Assembly (NCBI GenBank): GCA_049890295.1
Contig: JBMHBP010000018.1
Span: forward strand, 1,911 to 65,910
Source of the DNA: Flavobacteriales bacterium
Lineage (GTDB): Bacteria > Bacteroidota > Bacteroidia > Flavobacteriales > UBA7312
DNA: 64,000 nt
Direction: 5' to 3'
Each line of letters opens with the position of its first letter. Positions within the stretch are counted from its first letter, which is position 1. Under the pieces are notes generated by a model. The model saw only the letters and a program-made list of their open reading frames with translations, was not told the DNA's origin and did not search any database. The translations under genes were made by a program, and so were the position numbers. This document shows positions 1 through 9,771 of the stretch, one piece after another.

Positions 1-1
1 T

Positions 2-3000
2 AATATTTGGAATTGGAATTTTGGTGATTTAAACTCAACAGATAATATCCAAAACAATAATAATTTTAACCCAAATCATCTATATACTTCGTCAGGAAAT
101 TTTGAAGTAACACTTGTGATTGAAGATAATTTTGGATGTGTGGATACTACTCAAAAAATAGTTCGTGTATTGAACAATCCAGATGCAGAGTTTTTTACTG
201 ATACAGTTTGTTTTGAAAGTGCAACTACTTTTACAGACATTTCAAGTGTTGGAGATACATCTATTAGTTCTTGGACATGGAATTACGGAGAATTTAATTC
301 AATAAATACTGAAAATGATAGTATCTCATTTCACACTTTTTCTTCTTTTGGATATTTCTATTCATCTCTAGAAGTAGTAGATTATAATGGATGTACAGAC
401 CAATTTTATGATTCGACAAAAGTATGGTCTCTACCTGAAATGCTATATACTTCTTCAACAAGCTGTTTTGGAGATAGTACTATATTTTCAAATTCATTTT
501 TAAATACAGAAGGCAGCAATATTACAAGTGTAATTTGGAATTTTGGTGATACAACTTCTAATTTTAATTTAAGTACTGAGTTTGAACCAAACTTTTTATA
601 TTCAGATTGTGGTATTTTCACTTCAAGTATTGAGTTTATTGATAATCTGGGTTGTGTAGGAAATACTGAGTTTGATGTAAATGTTGTATGTAATCCTACA
701 GCTAATTTTACAGTTTATGATACAGTTTGTTTTGGAGAAGTGACCAACTTTTCAAACCTTTCATCCTCATCGAATATTGGCTCTGATTTATTTATAAATC
801 AATATGAATGGATTATTCCATCTGGCACATTTGTTAATTCAACTTCTGATTCTATTAACCCATCATTTTTATTCAATAGTTGTAATTCGGCGTTTTCTGT
901 TGAATTGAAAGTTGAACTTAATCAATTTGGCTGTAGAGATAGTGTTATTCGTCAAATTGAAGTTAATTGTAATCCATTGGCTAATTTTGAATCTGATCTT
1001 GCATGCTATGACTCTCCAGTACAGTTAAACGATCTTTCTGTGTTTGGAGATACTTCTATTGAGTTTTGGTCATGGACTGAGATTGATGGTAATTTAATAA
1101 GTAATGACCCTAACCCAAATGAAATTTTAAGTTTTGCGGGCTTTGTACCTGTGAATTTAACAGTTACAGATTATTTTGGTTGTCAAGATGATACTACAAT
1201 TGAAATTACTGTTTCAAACTTACCGCTTCCTAATTTTATTATTGAAGATGTCTGTGCTGGTGAAGATATTCAAATCATAGATAATTCTATTGAGGGTAAC
1301 ATGCCGTCAAATCCGTTAAGTTTTTGGAATTGGAGTTTTGGAGACGGTTATATGACTTCTTTTCAAAATATGAATAATGATACAATTTATTATAATTACA
1401 ATTATCAAAATGAGAATGAATTTTTATCTGGTGATAATAATTTAATAATTTTAACACTATATGATAGTTTAGGCTGTTCGAATACCTTTAATGATAATGT
1501 ATTGATTCATCCATTGCCCTTAGTAGATTTCACTATTAATCATAGTTGTGAAGACAACCTACCATTAATTTTAAATGACAACTCTGGATTTTCAAATATC
1601 ATAAACCCTATTTTTTCAAAATGGGGTATTAATTCAATTGGAACTTTAAGTCAGGGAGGGAATTTTGTTCAGAATATAAATATTACAAATGAAGAAATAA
1701 TTTCAAATAATAATATATCATATGTAATTGATTCAGATGGTGCAGATACTTTACAGTTTACCTTGTTGGTGCAGAGTGATTTTGGTTGTAGTAATTTTTC
1801 TAATGAAACTGTTTTAATTTTTGATAATCCTGAAATAGATATAATAGATATTAGTTATGTAGATAGTACACAATGTGGTAATAATGTACAAGTTCAAATT
1901 ATTTCAGACATAACTGACCTAATTGACAGCTCAAATTCAAATAATAACCACTTCTGGTGGGAATTTACTTTCGATAATTCAATCCCACCTCACTCTTATC
2001 AACAAAACCCTTTGATATATTTAAATCAACCATCAAACGATACAACTATTTCATTTAATGGAGTAAATTATTTTGAATATAATCAACAATCTTTCAATTG
2101 TACAACAGTTGTTGATACTTCAGTATTCTCTTATCCAAATATAAATGTTGAATTAAATGTAGACCCAATAAGCGGCTGTGAGCCATTAACACTCGATATT
2201 TCAGCTTTTTATAGCACAGTTGGAAATAGTAATATAGATGTGAATATTGATAATTGGAATTATCATATTCAGTCAGAAAACGGAATTTATGATTCTTTAA
2301 TAACAGGTAACACATCTAAAATAACACCAATAGTTTCAAGTCCATTGAGTACTTTTAATGATATTAATACAAATTATTATTTGACATTCTTTGCTGAAAC
2401 TGAAAACGCATGTATAGATGAAGATACAGTTTTAGTTAATATATTTCCTACCCCAATCCCTAGTTTTACTTACGACACATTATATAGTCAAGATGATATT
2501 TACTATGGAGCTTATCGCTTCTATGGTTCTGCAATATCAAAATTAGGCAATACACTTCTACCGCCTAATTATAGCTACAATTGGTCAATAAATGGTGAAA
2601 TCATTAATCAACCAACACAAAACTTAGATTATACTTTCCCATCAACACAAAACTATGAAGGTACATTATATGAAGTATGCTTATCAGTGACAAGCCCATT
2701 TGGTATTAATCAATGTGACTCCACCTACTGTGAAACAATTAGAGTTGGATTCGCTAAAGGATTACATGTTCCAAACGCATTAACACCAGATGCTAATAAT
2801 GGCTTAGCCAGAGAATTTTTACCCGCGGGTAAATCTTTAATTAAATATAAGTTACAAATTTTTGATACTTGGGGTAATTTAATTTGGGAAACTACTTCAT
2901 TAGATGAAAATGGAAGTCCTAATATTGGTTGGAGGGGAAAAAATAAAAATGGTTTACCGGTACCACAAGGGACATATGTATGGAAAATAGAAGCTATATT

Positions 3001-3061
3001 TTCAGATAATAGTGCCTGGATTGGAAATAATAAACCTGGTTCTTTAACATTGATTAGATGA
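2..3061 (+). CDS. PKD-repeat cell-surface protein with T9SS type-B (gliding-motility-associated, CHU_C-like) C-terminal sorting domain; 5' end cut by the window edge
   Basis: Frame 2 is open from base 2 (NIWNWNFGD...), so the ORF-track Met at 116 is internal. Many ~85-90 aa modules carry W-x-W/F-x-F/Y-G-D ... V-x-L-x-V-x-D-x-x-G-C (PKD-like). The last ~90 aa (VPNALTPDANNGLAREFLP...YKLQIFDTWGNLIW...GTYVWKIEAIF) fit the type-B CTD pattern. Confidence 0.8.
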   Translation, partial: NIWNWNFGDLNSTDNIQNNNNFNPNHLYTSSGNFEVTLVIEDNFGCVDTTQKIVRVLNNPDAEFFTDTVCFESATTFTDISSVGDTSISSWTWNYGEFNSINTENDSISFHTFSSFGYFYSSLEVVDYNGCTDQFYDSTKVWSLPEMLYTSSTSCFGDSTIFSNSFLNTEGSNITSVIWNFGDTTSNFNLSTEFEPNFLYSDCGIFTSSIEFIDNLGCVGNTEFDVNVVCNPTANFTVYDTVCFGEVTNFSNLSSSSNIGSDLFINQYEWIIPSGTFVNSTSDSINPSFLFNSCNSAFSVELKVELNQFGCRDSVIRQIEVNCNPLANFESDLACYDSPVQLNDLSVFGDTSIEFWSWTEIDGNLISNDPNPNEILSFAGFVPVNLTVTDYFGCQDDTTIEITVSNLPLPNFIIEDVCAGEDIQIIDNSIEGNMPSNPLSFWNWSFGDGYMTSFQNMNNDTIYYNYNYQNENEFLSGDNNLIILTLYDSLGCSNTFNDNVLIHPLPLVDFTINHSCEDNLPLILNDNSGFSNIINPIFSKWGINSIGTLSQGGNFVQNINITNEEIISNNNISYVIDSDGADTLQFTLLVQSDFGCSNFSNETVLIFDNPEIDIIDISYVDSTQCGNNVQVQIISDITDLIDSSNSNNNHFWWEFTFDNSIPPHSYQQNPLIYLNQPSNDTTISFNGVNYFEYNQQSFNCTTVVDTSVFSYPNINVELNVDPISGCEPLTLDISAFYSTVGNSNIDVNIDNWNYHIQSENGIYDSLITGNTSKITPIVSSPLSTFNDINTNYYLTFFAETENACIDEDTVLVNIFPTPIPSFTYDTLYSQDDIYYGAYRFYGSAISKLGNTLLPPNYSYNWSINGEIINQPTQNLDYTFPSTQNYEGTLYEVCLSVTSPFGINQCDSTYCETIRVGFAKGLHVPNALTPDANNGLAREFLPAGKSLIKYKLQIFDTWGNLIWETTSLDENGSPNIGWRGKNKNGLPVPQGTYVWKIEAIFSDNSAWIGNNKPGSLTLIR

Positions 3062-4263
3062 TAGTAAGATTATACATATTCTTTTTCATGTTAAAAGCTT
3101 GTTTGGTGTTTGGACAAGATCCATCATTTAGCCAATTTTTTCAAAAAAATCCCTATGTAAACCCTGCCTATACAGGAATTTTAGGAGGTCAAGAAATTCA
3201 CTCAATTTTTCATCATAGATCTCAATGGACAAACGTTCCAATTAAATTCACAACTTCTTTATCATCAGTCGATTGGAGGGTTTGTCAAAAAAATCTTGGT
3301 ATTGGAATTATTGTATTACAAAATATTGAAGGAGAAGGATTATTAAAATTAAATGAGTTTTCATTACCTATTGCAGCACATGTTCCACTTTCAAAAAATT
3401 ACTCTTTATCGGGTTCTATTCAGACAACTTTTGCTAATAGAACTATTGAGTGGGATAGATTGATATTTTCTGATGAACTTGACCCAATTCTTGGTAATAT
3501 TTATAATTCGTCAGCAACTAAACCTAATGAATCTTTTTTAAGAATTTATCCCTCGGCAGGTTTTATTCTAACTAAAAAAGGAAAGTATAACTTAAAGAGA
3601 CATAATTATTGGACTATCGGAATAGCCGCTCACCACATACCTATTGGGAATAATACTGAAAGTTTCTACGGAATATATGAAAATAGTAGATATCCTGTAA
3701 AATACACTATTCATGGAAACTTATTTACAAAAATAATGCCATTTAAACGATTTAAAACTGGCGCTTTAATAGGTGATTTTTTCGATTATACTAATGTCTT
3801 TTTTAAGCTTGAAAACCAAGGTAAAATAGAAGCTCAAAGTGAATCGTTTACAACTATTTCATCAGGCTTAGGAGTTTCTATGCGAAAATTTTTAATGCTT
3901 GGAGTTGGATATAGACAAGGATTTGTGAAATTAAAAAATCAACAAGGAAATAACTTTGAAAGAAGACTAATGTCAGAGTCAATAATTTTTAATTCAGTAT
4001 TCAATATACAGGCTAAAAATATTCCTTATAAGTTATATATTACATATAGTCTTGATTTAAATATTTCTGAATTAAGTTATACATCTAGTGGACCAACACA
4101 TGAAATTTCACTCAATATGTATTTTGGAAATATAAAGTGTAAAACAAAAAGAAAGAAAAGAAAATCACATTGGTGGTCAGATTCTGTAATGGATCAAAAA
4201 AGACTCTACAATAGAGAAATTTGTGATCCTTTCCCAAAAATAAGTGATTGGGATGGATATTGA
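3058..4263 (+). CDS. T9SS membrane protein, PorP/SprF family
   Basis: Hydrophobic N-terminus followed by DPSFSQFFQKNPYVNPAYTG, the hallmark PorP/SprF N-terminal motif. ATG 3058 overlaps the upstream stop (ATGA). Position directly after a type-B CTD cargo is typical of the family. Confidence 0.75.
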   Translation: MIVRLYIFFFMLKACLVFGQDPSFSQFFQKNPYVNPAYTGILGGQEIHSIFHHRSQWTNVPIKFTTSLSSVDWRVCQKNLGIGIIVLQNIEGEGLLKLNEFSLPIAAHVPLSKNYSLSGSIQTTFANRTIEWDRLIFSDELDPILGNIYNSSATKPNESFLRIYPSAGFILTKKGKYNLKRHNYWTIGIAAHHIPIGNNTESFYGIYENSRYPVKYTIHGNLFTKIMPFKRFKTGALIGDFFDYTNVFFKLENQGKIEAQSESFTTISSGLGVSMRKFLMLGVGYRQGFVKLKNQQGNNFERRLMSESIIFNSVFNIQAKNIPYKLYITYSLDLNISELSYTSSGPTHEISLNMYFGNIKCKTKRKKRKSHWWSDSVMDQKRLYNREICDPFPKISDWDGY

Positions 4264-4458
4264 TAATTAGTTTATGAAAAGAAATACTAAATTTCTACAA
4301 ACTGAAAAAATGTACACAATATATCAACTCCTCAAAAAGAACATAATGAGTTAATAAAAAAAACGGAAAACTATCTCAAAATGAGATGGATTCCGCTTTG
4401 GTGGACCTAAGTGTCCTAATTACGAACTTTTTAGAAAAGTTTTGCTTATGTATATACA

Positions 4459-5409
4459 ATGAGAAAAATCTTAGTTTCAGTTATAACAATTTTAACTTTT
4501 GTTTTAAATGCCAAATCACAAGATGCTCTTGTATCGGCTTTTTTTGGACTTGATAATGGACTTCCAAGCCTATTGTGTAATCAACTAGGAAGTCAGTTAG
4601 ATGGTGTGCCTGTTAATTTTAAATTCCCAATAGATGAATCCAGTTTATCGGAATCTGATTTTGAAGTTTTAGATAGCCTTGGAAATATACATACCCCAAT
4701 TTGTGTTTTTTTGGCCCCAGCTAATGAAAACGGAGAAAATCGAACTGTGCTTCTGTTAGGTGAATTTGGTACCGCCGTTACCAATCCACCCGTTGAAGTT
4801 AGAGTTGTAGGGGATTTATTTTCAACTGATGCTTTATCCGGAGAGTCTGCTTGTTCAGAAATCATAAACCTAAATGGAATCACTACCACGAATATTATTC
4901 CGCTTGATGATGGACCAAGCTTATTCTTTGCCCAAAGAATTGATGGCAATCTGAATGAATGTAATTCAGGAACACAAACGATTCAAGTTGCTTGGGATGG
5001 TGGCATTACACCGTATATAAGTAGTGATACCGAATCTGACTTATTTCAGTACTATGTTGGCTATTCTGACAGCTCTGGAGTTCTAATACCGCATGCACCT
5101 ATTTCGATAGCAGATATAAATGACAACGACAACTTTCACCAACTTTGTTTTTCTACAAGTGATGAAATTGTTAAAATTTCAATGATGGCTAACACGGTAG
5201 AAGATCCAAACCAAGACCCAAATTTATACAGTGAAATTGATGTTAGTTTCTGTGCTTCTTTGACAAGTATTGATGATTTTGTTGATGAGAAAAAAAGATT
5301 AATCAATGTTGTAGATTTATTAGGAAGACAATTTAATGGATTGAAAAACCAACCTCTTTTCTATATTTATGATGATGGAACTGTGGAGAAGAAAATAATT
5401 CTTGAATAA
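4459..5409 (+). CDS. Secreted hypothetical protein with short T9SS type-A-like C-terminal tail
   Basis: Signal peptide MRKILVSVITILTFVLNAKSQ. C-terminus INVVDLLGRQFNGLKNQPLFYIYDDGTVEKKIILE resembles Por-secretion CTD ends. No recognisable catalytic motif. Confidence 0.55.
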   Translation: MRKILVSVITILTFVLNAKSQDALVSAFFGLDNGLPSLLCNQLGSQLDGVPVNFKFPIDESSLSESDFEVLDSLGNIHTPICVFLAPANENGENRTVLLLGEFGTAVTNPPVEVRVVGDLFSTDALSGESACSEIINLNGITTTNIIPLDDGPSLFFAQRIDGNLNECNSGTQTIQVAWDGGITPYISSDTESDLFQYYVGYSDSSGVLIPHAPISIADINDNDNFHQLCFSTSDEIVKISMMANTVEDPNQDPNLYSEIDVSFCASLTSIDDFVDEKKRLINVVDLLGRQFNGLKNQPLFYIYDDGTVEKKIILE

Positions 5410-5411
5410 AT

Positions 5412-5443
5412 AAAAACCCACTCAAATAAGCGGGTTTCTTTTT
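5412..5443. terminator. Intrinsic terminator between the convergent CDS and tRNA
   Basis: AAACCC(5414-5419)/GGGTTT(5432-5437) stem followed by TTTCTTTTT; an A-run on the other side gives some bidirectional potential. Confidence 0.45.
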
Positions 5444-5519
5444 GGTGGAGAAGAGCGGACTCGAACCGCCGACCTCTTGACTGCCAGTCAAGCGCTCTAG
5501 CCAACTGAGCTACATCCCC
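5443..5519 (-). tRNA. tRNA-Ala (anticodon GGC), CCA encoded
   Basis: Reverse complement GGGGATGTAGCTCAGTTGGCTAGAGCGCTTGACTGGCAGTCAAGAGGTCGGCGGTTCGAGTCCGCTCTTCTCCACCA folds by hand as a 77-nt cloverleaf. Anticodon loop is CTGGCAG, G3:U70 Ala identity pair is present, T-loop is TTCGAGT. Confidence 0.9.
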
Positions 5520-5621
5520 AAAATCTCTACAAAACTATCATTTTTTATTTCATAAGCCGCTAATATTATAAAATTGCTAATCTCACTAGCAATAACTATT
5601 TTTGCCATCAAATTTGTTACT

Positions 5622-6038
5622 ATGCAAACGAAAAAGGTAGAATCTAAAAAAGCGCCCGAGCCTGTTGGCTTATACCCTCATGCTCGCCAACATGGAAACT
5701 TATTGTTTCTTTCGGGTGTTGGCCCAAGAGAACGCGGAACTAAAGACATTCCTGGAGTAAAACTAGACACTAATGGAAACATAGAGTCTTATGATATTGA
5801 AACACAATGTCGGTCGGTGTTTAACAATGTTAAAACTATTGTAGAAGAAGCGGGTTCCTCGTGGGGAAAAATCATCGATGTAACCGTTTTTCTGACTAAT
5901 ATGAAAGACGATTTTAAAACGTATAATAAAGTTTACGCTGAATACTTTGCAGATAATCAGCCTTGCAGAACAACAGTCGAAATTAATTGCCTTCCCACCC
6001 CAATCGCTATAGAATTAAAAGTCATTGCAACCATATAA
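5622..6038 (+). CDS. ridA: RidA/YjgF/TdcF family reactive-intermediate deaminase
   Basis: APEPVGLYPHARQHGNLLFLSGVGP...CRTTVEINCLPTPIAIELKVIA matches the YjgF/RidA family. Start moved to ATG 5622; the ORF-track N-terminal extension is hydrophobic junk. Confidence 0.8.
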   Translation: MQTKKVESKKAPEPVGLYPHARQHGNLLFLSGVGPRERGTKDIPGVKLDTNGNIESYDIETQCRSVFNNVKTIVEEAGSSWGKIIDVTVFLTNMKDDFKTYNKVYAEYFADNQPCRTTVEINCLPTPIAIELKVIATI

Positions 6039-9000
6039 TGAAAAAATATCCTGAATATAATTTTCTTGATTTAAGTCAAATAAACAAGCAGGTCTTAACC
6101 AATTGGAAAGAGAAGTCTATTTTCCAACAAAGTATTGAATCTAGGGAAGGTCAACCAAGTTTTACCTTTTATGAAGGCCCTCCATCAGCAAATGGAATGC
6201 CAGGTATTCATCATGTTATTGGGCGTACTATAAAAGATATTTTTTGCCGCTTCAAAACACTTCAAGGGTTTAAGGTTCAAAGAAAAGCGGGTTGGGACAC
6301 CCATGGCCTGCCTGTAGAATTAAGTGTAGAAAAAGAACTAGGAATTACCAAAGAAGATATTGGTAAAAGTATTTCTATTGCCGAATACAATATTAAATGT
6401 CGGGAAAATGTTATGAAATACAAAAACGTGTGGGAAGATTTAACCGATAAAATGGGTTATTGGGTAGATATGAACGACCCTTATGTTACCTATGATAATA
6501 AATACATTGAAAGTGTGTGGTGGTTACTCAGCGAAATGAGTAAAAAAGACATGCTTTACAAGGGACATACTATTCAACCTTATTCCCCAAAGGCGGGTAC
6601 AGGGCTCAGCTCTCACGAACTCAATCAGCCGGGGTGCTATAAAAATGTCAAAGACCAGTCGGCTGTTGCACAATTTAAATTAAAGGAAAATAACGATAAT
6701 ACATCCTTATTTCAAAACAATCACGCTGACATATTCTTTTTAGCTTGGACAACCACTCCATGGACTTTACCATCAAACACCGCGCTAGCTGTTGGAAAAA
6801 ACATTGACTACTTACTAGTAAACACCTTTAACCCCTACACTCATCAACCAATAAGTGTAATAGTTGCTAAAGCACTATCTTCAAAGTATTTTTCAGAAAA
6901 AAACAAAGATCTACAACTATCCGATTATCAGGCTGGCGATAAACAACTTCCATTTAAAGTTGTTCAAGAATTAAAAGGTGCAGACTTAGAAGGTCTTCGC
7001 TATGAACAGTTGCTGCCCTACACTCAGCCGGTAGATGGTGATTGCTTTAAAGTACTTATTGGTGATTTTGTAACCACTGAAGATGGAACAGGAATAGTGC
7101 ATTTAGCACCAAGCTTTGGTTCCGACGACAACCTATTAGCCAAGCAAAACGGTATAGGGTCATTAACTTTGGTTGATACTCAAGGCCGCTTTGTCAAAGA
7201 GGTTACTGATTTTGCCGGTATGTATGTCAAAAACGAATACTACGACGAAGGTCAAGCCCCTGAAAAATCTGCCGACGTACAAATTATCATCAAGCTTAAG
7301 GAAGAGAATAAATGCTTTAAGGCAGAAAAATACGAACATTCATACCCACATTGCTGGCGAACCGACAAACCCATTTTGTACTATCCACTAGAAAGCTGGT
7401 TTGTTAAAACAACCGCCGCTAAAGATAGAATGGTGGCCCTAAACAAGTCCATTCATTGGAAACCCAAGTCTACTGGCGAAGGACGCTTTGGTAATTGGCT
7501 AGAAAATTTAGTTGATTGGAATTTGTCACGGTCTCGTTTTTGGGGCATACCATTACCAATATGGGTATCAGAAGATGGGCAAGAGCAAATATGTGTAGGC
7601 TCAGTAGAGCGTCTTCAACAAGAAATAGAAAAATCGATAGAAGCGGGTGTTATGACCCAAAACCCACTTTCTGACTTTGAAGCTGGCAACATGTCAAAAG
7701 CCAATTATAATACCTTTGACTTACACCGGCCATTTGTAGATGATATTGTCTTAGTTACATCAAGCGGCCAACCCATGTATCGAGAAAAAGATCTTATTGA
7801 TGTTTGGTTTGATTCAGGATCAATGCCCTACGCTCAACTTCATTACCCTTTTGAGAATAAGGAACAATTTGAAAACAATTTTCCAGCCGACTTTATTGCG
7901 GAAGGAGTTGACCAAACACGTGGATGGTTTTTCACCCTTCATGCTATTGCCTCCATTCTATTTGATAGCGTGGCTTTTAAAAACGTAGTGTCAAATGGCC
8001 TTGTTTTGGATAAAGCAGGTAATAAAATGTCAAAACGATTAGGCAATGCTGTTGACCCATTTACAACCCTTGAAGAATACGGTGCGGACGCCACTAGATG
8101 GTACATGATTAGCAATGCACAACCATGGGATAATTTAAAGTTTGATGTTGACGGACTAGCTGAGGTAAAGCGTAAATTTTTTGGTACACTTTACAACACC
8201 TATTCCTTTTTTGCCCTTTATGCCAACATAGATGGGTTTAGCTACAAAGAATCAGAAATTTCCATTGAAAATCGACCAGAAATAGACCAATGGATACTTT
8301 CAGAACTAAACACCTTAAAAAAGCAGGTTCAATCTTCTTTTGAAGATTATGAACCCACCAAAGCGGCACGTTTAATTCAAACTTTTGTTAACGACAACCT
8401 CAGTAATTGGTACGTGCGATTGTGCCGAAGACGCTTTTGGAAAGGCGACTATGGTAACGATAAAATATCAGCCTATCAAACGCTATACACATGCCTTGAG
8501 ACGGTAGCTATTCTTGGCTCACCAATTGCACCATTTTTTATGGACAGACTCTTCTGTGACCTAAATGCGGTTACTCAACGAAGCACTAATGAGTCTGTTC
8601 ACTTAGCACTATTTCCCAAAGTTATTGATAAGCAAATCAACAAAGAACTAGAAGAAAAAATGCGAATAGCACAAGGACTAACCTCCCTTACTTTTTCGCT
8701 GAGAAAGAAAGAAAACTTAAGAGTTAGACAACCACTTCGTAAGATTATGGTACCAGTGTTGGATGATAAAACCAAACAACAAATAGAGGCTATAAAACCA
8801 TTAGTTTTAGCCGAAGTAAACGTTAAAGCTTTAGAGTTTATGACAGCCGATTCGGGTATTTTGGTGAAAAAGATAAAACCGAATTTTAAAACACTTGGAC
8901 CTAAATTTGGCCCTCAAATGAAGCTTATTGCTCAAGCCATTGCTCAATTTACATCCGAAGATATTGATAGTATTGAAAATAATGGCACTTATTTTTTAAC

Positions 9001-9388
9001 AATAAATGATCAGAAAACACAAATAGATCTTCAAGACGTTGAAATTAGTACAGAAGATATTCCAGGTTGGGCTGTAACCTCCATGAATGGATTAACAGTA
9101 GCTCTAGACATAAGCTTAGATCAACAATTGATTAATGAAGGGCTAGCCAGAGAATTGGTAAATAGGATTCAAAACATCAGAAAAGATTCAGGATTAGAAG
9201 TAACCGATAGAATTCAAATCTTAGTAGGAGAGCAAGAAACACTCAAGACAGCCATAAGTGAAAATTTAAATTATATTTGTTCTGAAACATTAGCTGATGA
9301 CTTACGTATCGTTAACGAGCTATGCGAAGATGAACTCATAGAATTAGTAGATGGCATACGAACAAGTATAGCAATACAAAAACGTTAA
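6038..9388 (+). CDS. ileS: Isoleucine--tRNA ligase
   Basis: HIGH-region PSANGMPGIHHVIGR and KMSKRLGN (KMSKS) motifs; ~1115 aa long form. Start at ATG 6038 (MKKYPEYNF), overlapping the ridA stop as TAATG. Confidence 0.95.
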   Translation: MKKYPEYNFLDLSQINKQVLTNWKEKSIFQQSIESREGQPSFTFYEGPPSANGMPGIHHVIGRTIKDIFCRFKTLQGFKVQRKAGWDTHGLPVELSVEKELGITKEDIGKSISIAEYNIKCRENVMKYKNVWEDLTDKMGYWVDMNDPYVTYDNKYIESVWWLLSEMSKKDMLYKGHTIQPYSPKAGTGLSSHELNQPGCYKNVKDQSAVAQFKLKENNDNTSLFQNNHADIFFLAWTTTPWTLPSNTALAVGKNIDYLLVNTFNPYTHQPISVIVAKALSSKYFSEKNKDLQLSDYQAGDKQLPFKVVQELKGADLEGLRYEQLLPYTQPVDGDCFKVLIGDFVTTEDGTGIVHLAPSFGSDDNLLAKQNGIGSLTLVDTQGRFVKEVTDFAGMYVKNEYYDEGQAPEKSADVQIIIKLKEENKCFKAEKYEHSYPHCWRTDKPILYYPLESWFVKTTAAKDRMVALNKSIHWKPKSTGEGRFGNWLENLVDWNLSRSRFWGIPLPIWVSEDGQEQICVGSVERLQQEIEKSIEAGVMTQNPLSDFEAGNMSKANYNTFDLHRPFVDDIVLVTSSGQPMYREKDLIDVWFDSGSMPYAQLHYPFENKEQFENNFPADFIAEGVDQTRGWFFTLHAIASILFDSVAFKNVVSNGLVLDKAGNKMSKRLGNAVDPFTTLEEYGADATRWYMISNAQPWDNLKFDVDGLAEVKRKFFGTLYNTYSFFALYANIDGFSYKESEISIENRPEIDQWILSELNTLKKQVQSSFEDYEPTKAARLIQTFVNDNLSNWYVRLCRRRFWKGDYGNDKISAYQTLYTCLETVAILGSPIAPFFMDRLFCDLNAVTQRSTNESVHLALFPKVIDKQINKELEEKMRIAQGLTSLTFSLRKKENLRVRQPLRKIMVPVLDDKTKQQIEAIKPLVLAEVNVKALEFMTADSGILVKKIKPNFKTLGPKFGPQMKLIAQAIAQFTSEDIDSIENNGTYFLTINDQKTQIDLQDVEISTEDIPGWAVTSMNGLTVALDISLDQQLINEGLARELVNRIQNIRKDSGLEVTDRIQILVGEQETLKTAISENLNYICSETLADDLRIVNELCEDELIELVDGIRTSIAIQKR

Positions 9389-9391
9389 ATA

Positions 9392-9766
9392 ATGACAGAA
9401 AAAACAAGATATTCAGATTCTGAGCTAGAAGAATTCCGTCAGATAATTACTGAAAAAATAGAGAAGGCTGAAAAGGACTTAGAGTTAATCAAAAGTGCTT
9501 ATACCAACGATGCTAATAATGGCACTGATGATACCTCACCTACCTTTAAGGGTTTTGAGGAAGGGTCAGAAACATTATCAAAAGAGGAAAACGCCCAACT
9601 TGCTTTACGTCAAGAAAAATTTATCTTTAACTTGAGAAACGCTTTAAAGCGTATCGATAACAAAACCTATGGTATCTGTCGTGTTACTGCAAAATTAATA
9701 CAGAAAGAACGCTTAAAATTAGTTCCACACGCCACTTTAAGCATAGAAGCTAAACGAGCTCAATAG
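9392..9766 (+). CDS. TraR/DksA family protein (degenerate zinc finger)
   Basis: C-terminal YGICRVTAKLIQKERLKLVPHATLSIEAK and the position between ileS and lspA are typical of the Bacteroidota DksA/TraR homologue. Confidence 0.7.
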   Translation: MTEKTRYSDSELEEFRQIITEKIEKAEKDLELIKSAYTNDANNGTDDTSPTFKGFEEGSETLSKEENAQLALRQEKFIFNLRNALKRIDNKTYGICRVTAKLIQKERLKLVPHATLSIEAKRAQ

Positions 9767-9771
9767 CCATT

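Noticed and set aside
4264-4458. Nested hairpin CGGAA..ATCTCA-AAA-TGAGAT..TTCCG and a 26-codon ORF (MKRNTKFLQTEKMYTIYQLLKKNIMS) downstream of the PorP/SprF gene
   Set aside because: The hairpin lacks a U-tract and the mini-ORF has no supporting signal. It may be a weak terminator, but the evidence is insufficient for a call.
5574-6037. N-terminal extensions suggested by the ORF track: ridA from 5574, ileS from 5987, blh from 40550, the TonB receptor from 42240, HAAO from 50011, pgk from 29528, lysS to 18342, SDR to 50008 and asd to 12130
   Set aside because: The extensions mostly start at TTG, overlap upstream genes or terminators, and add non-homologous residues before well-conserved N-termini that begin at an in-frame ATG.
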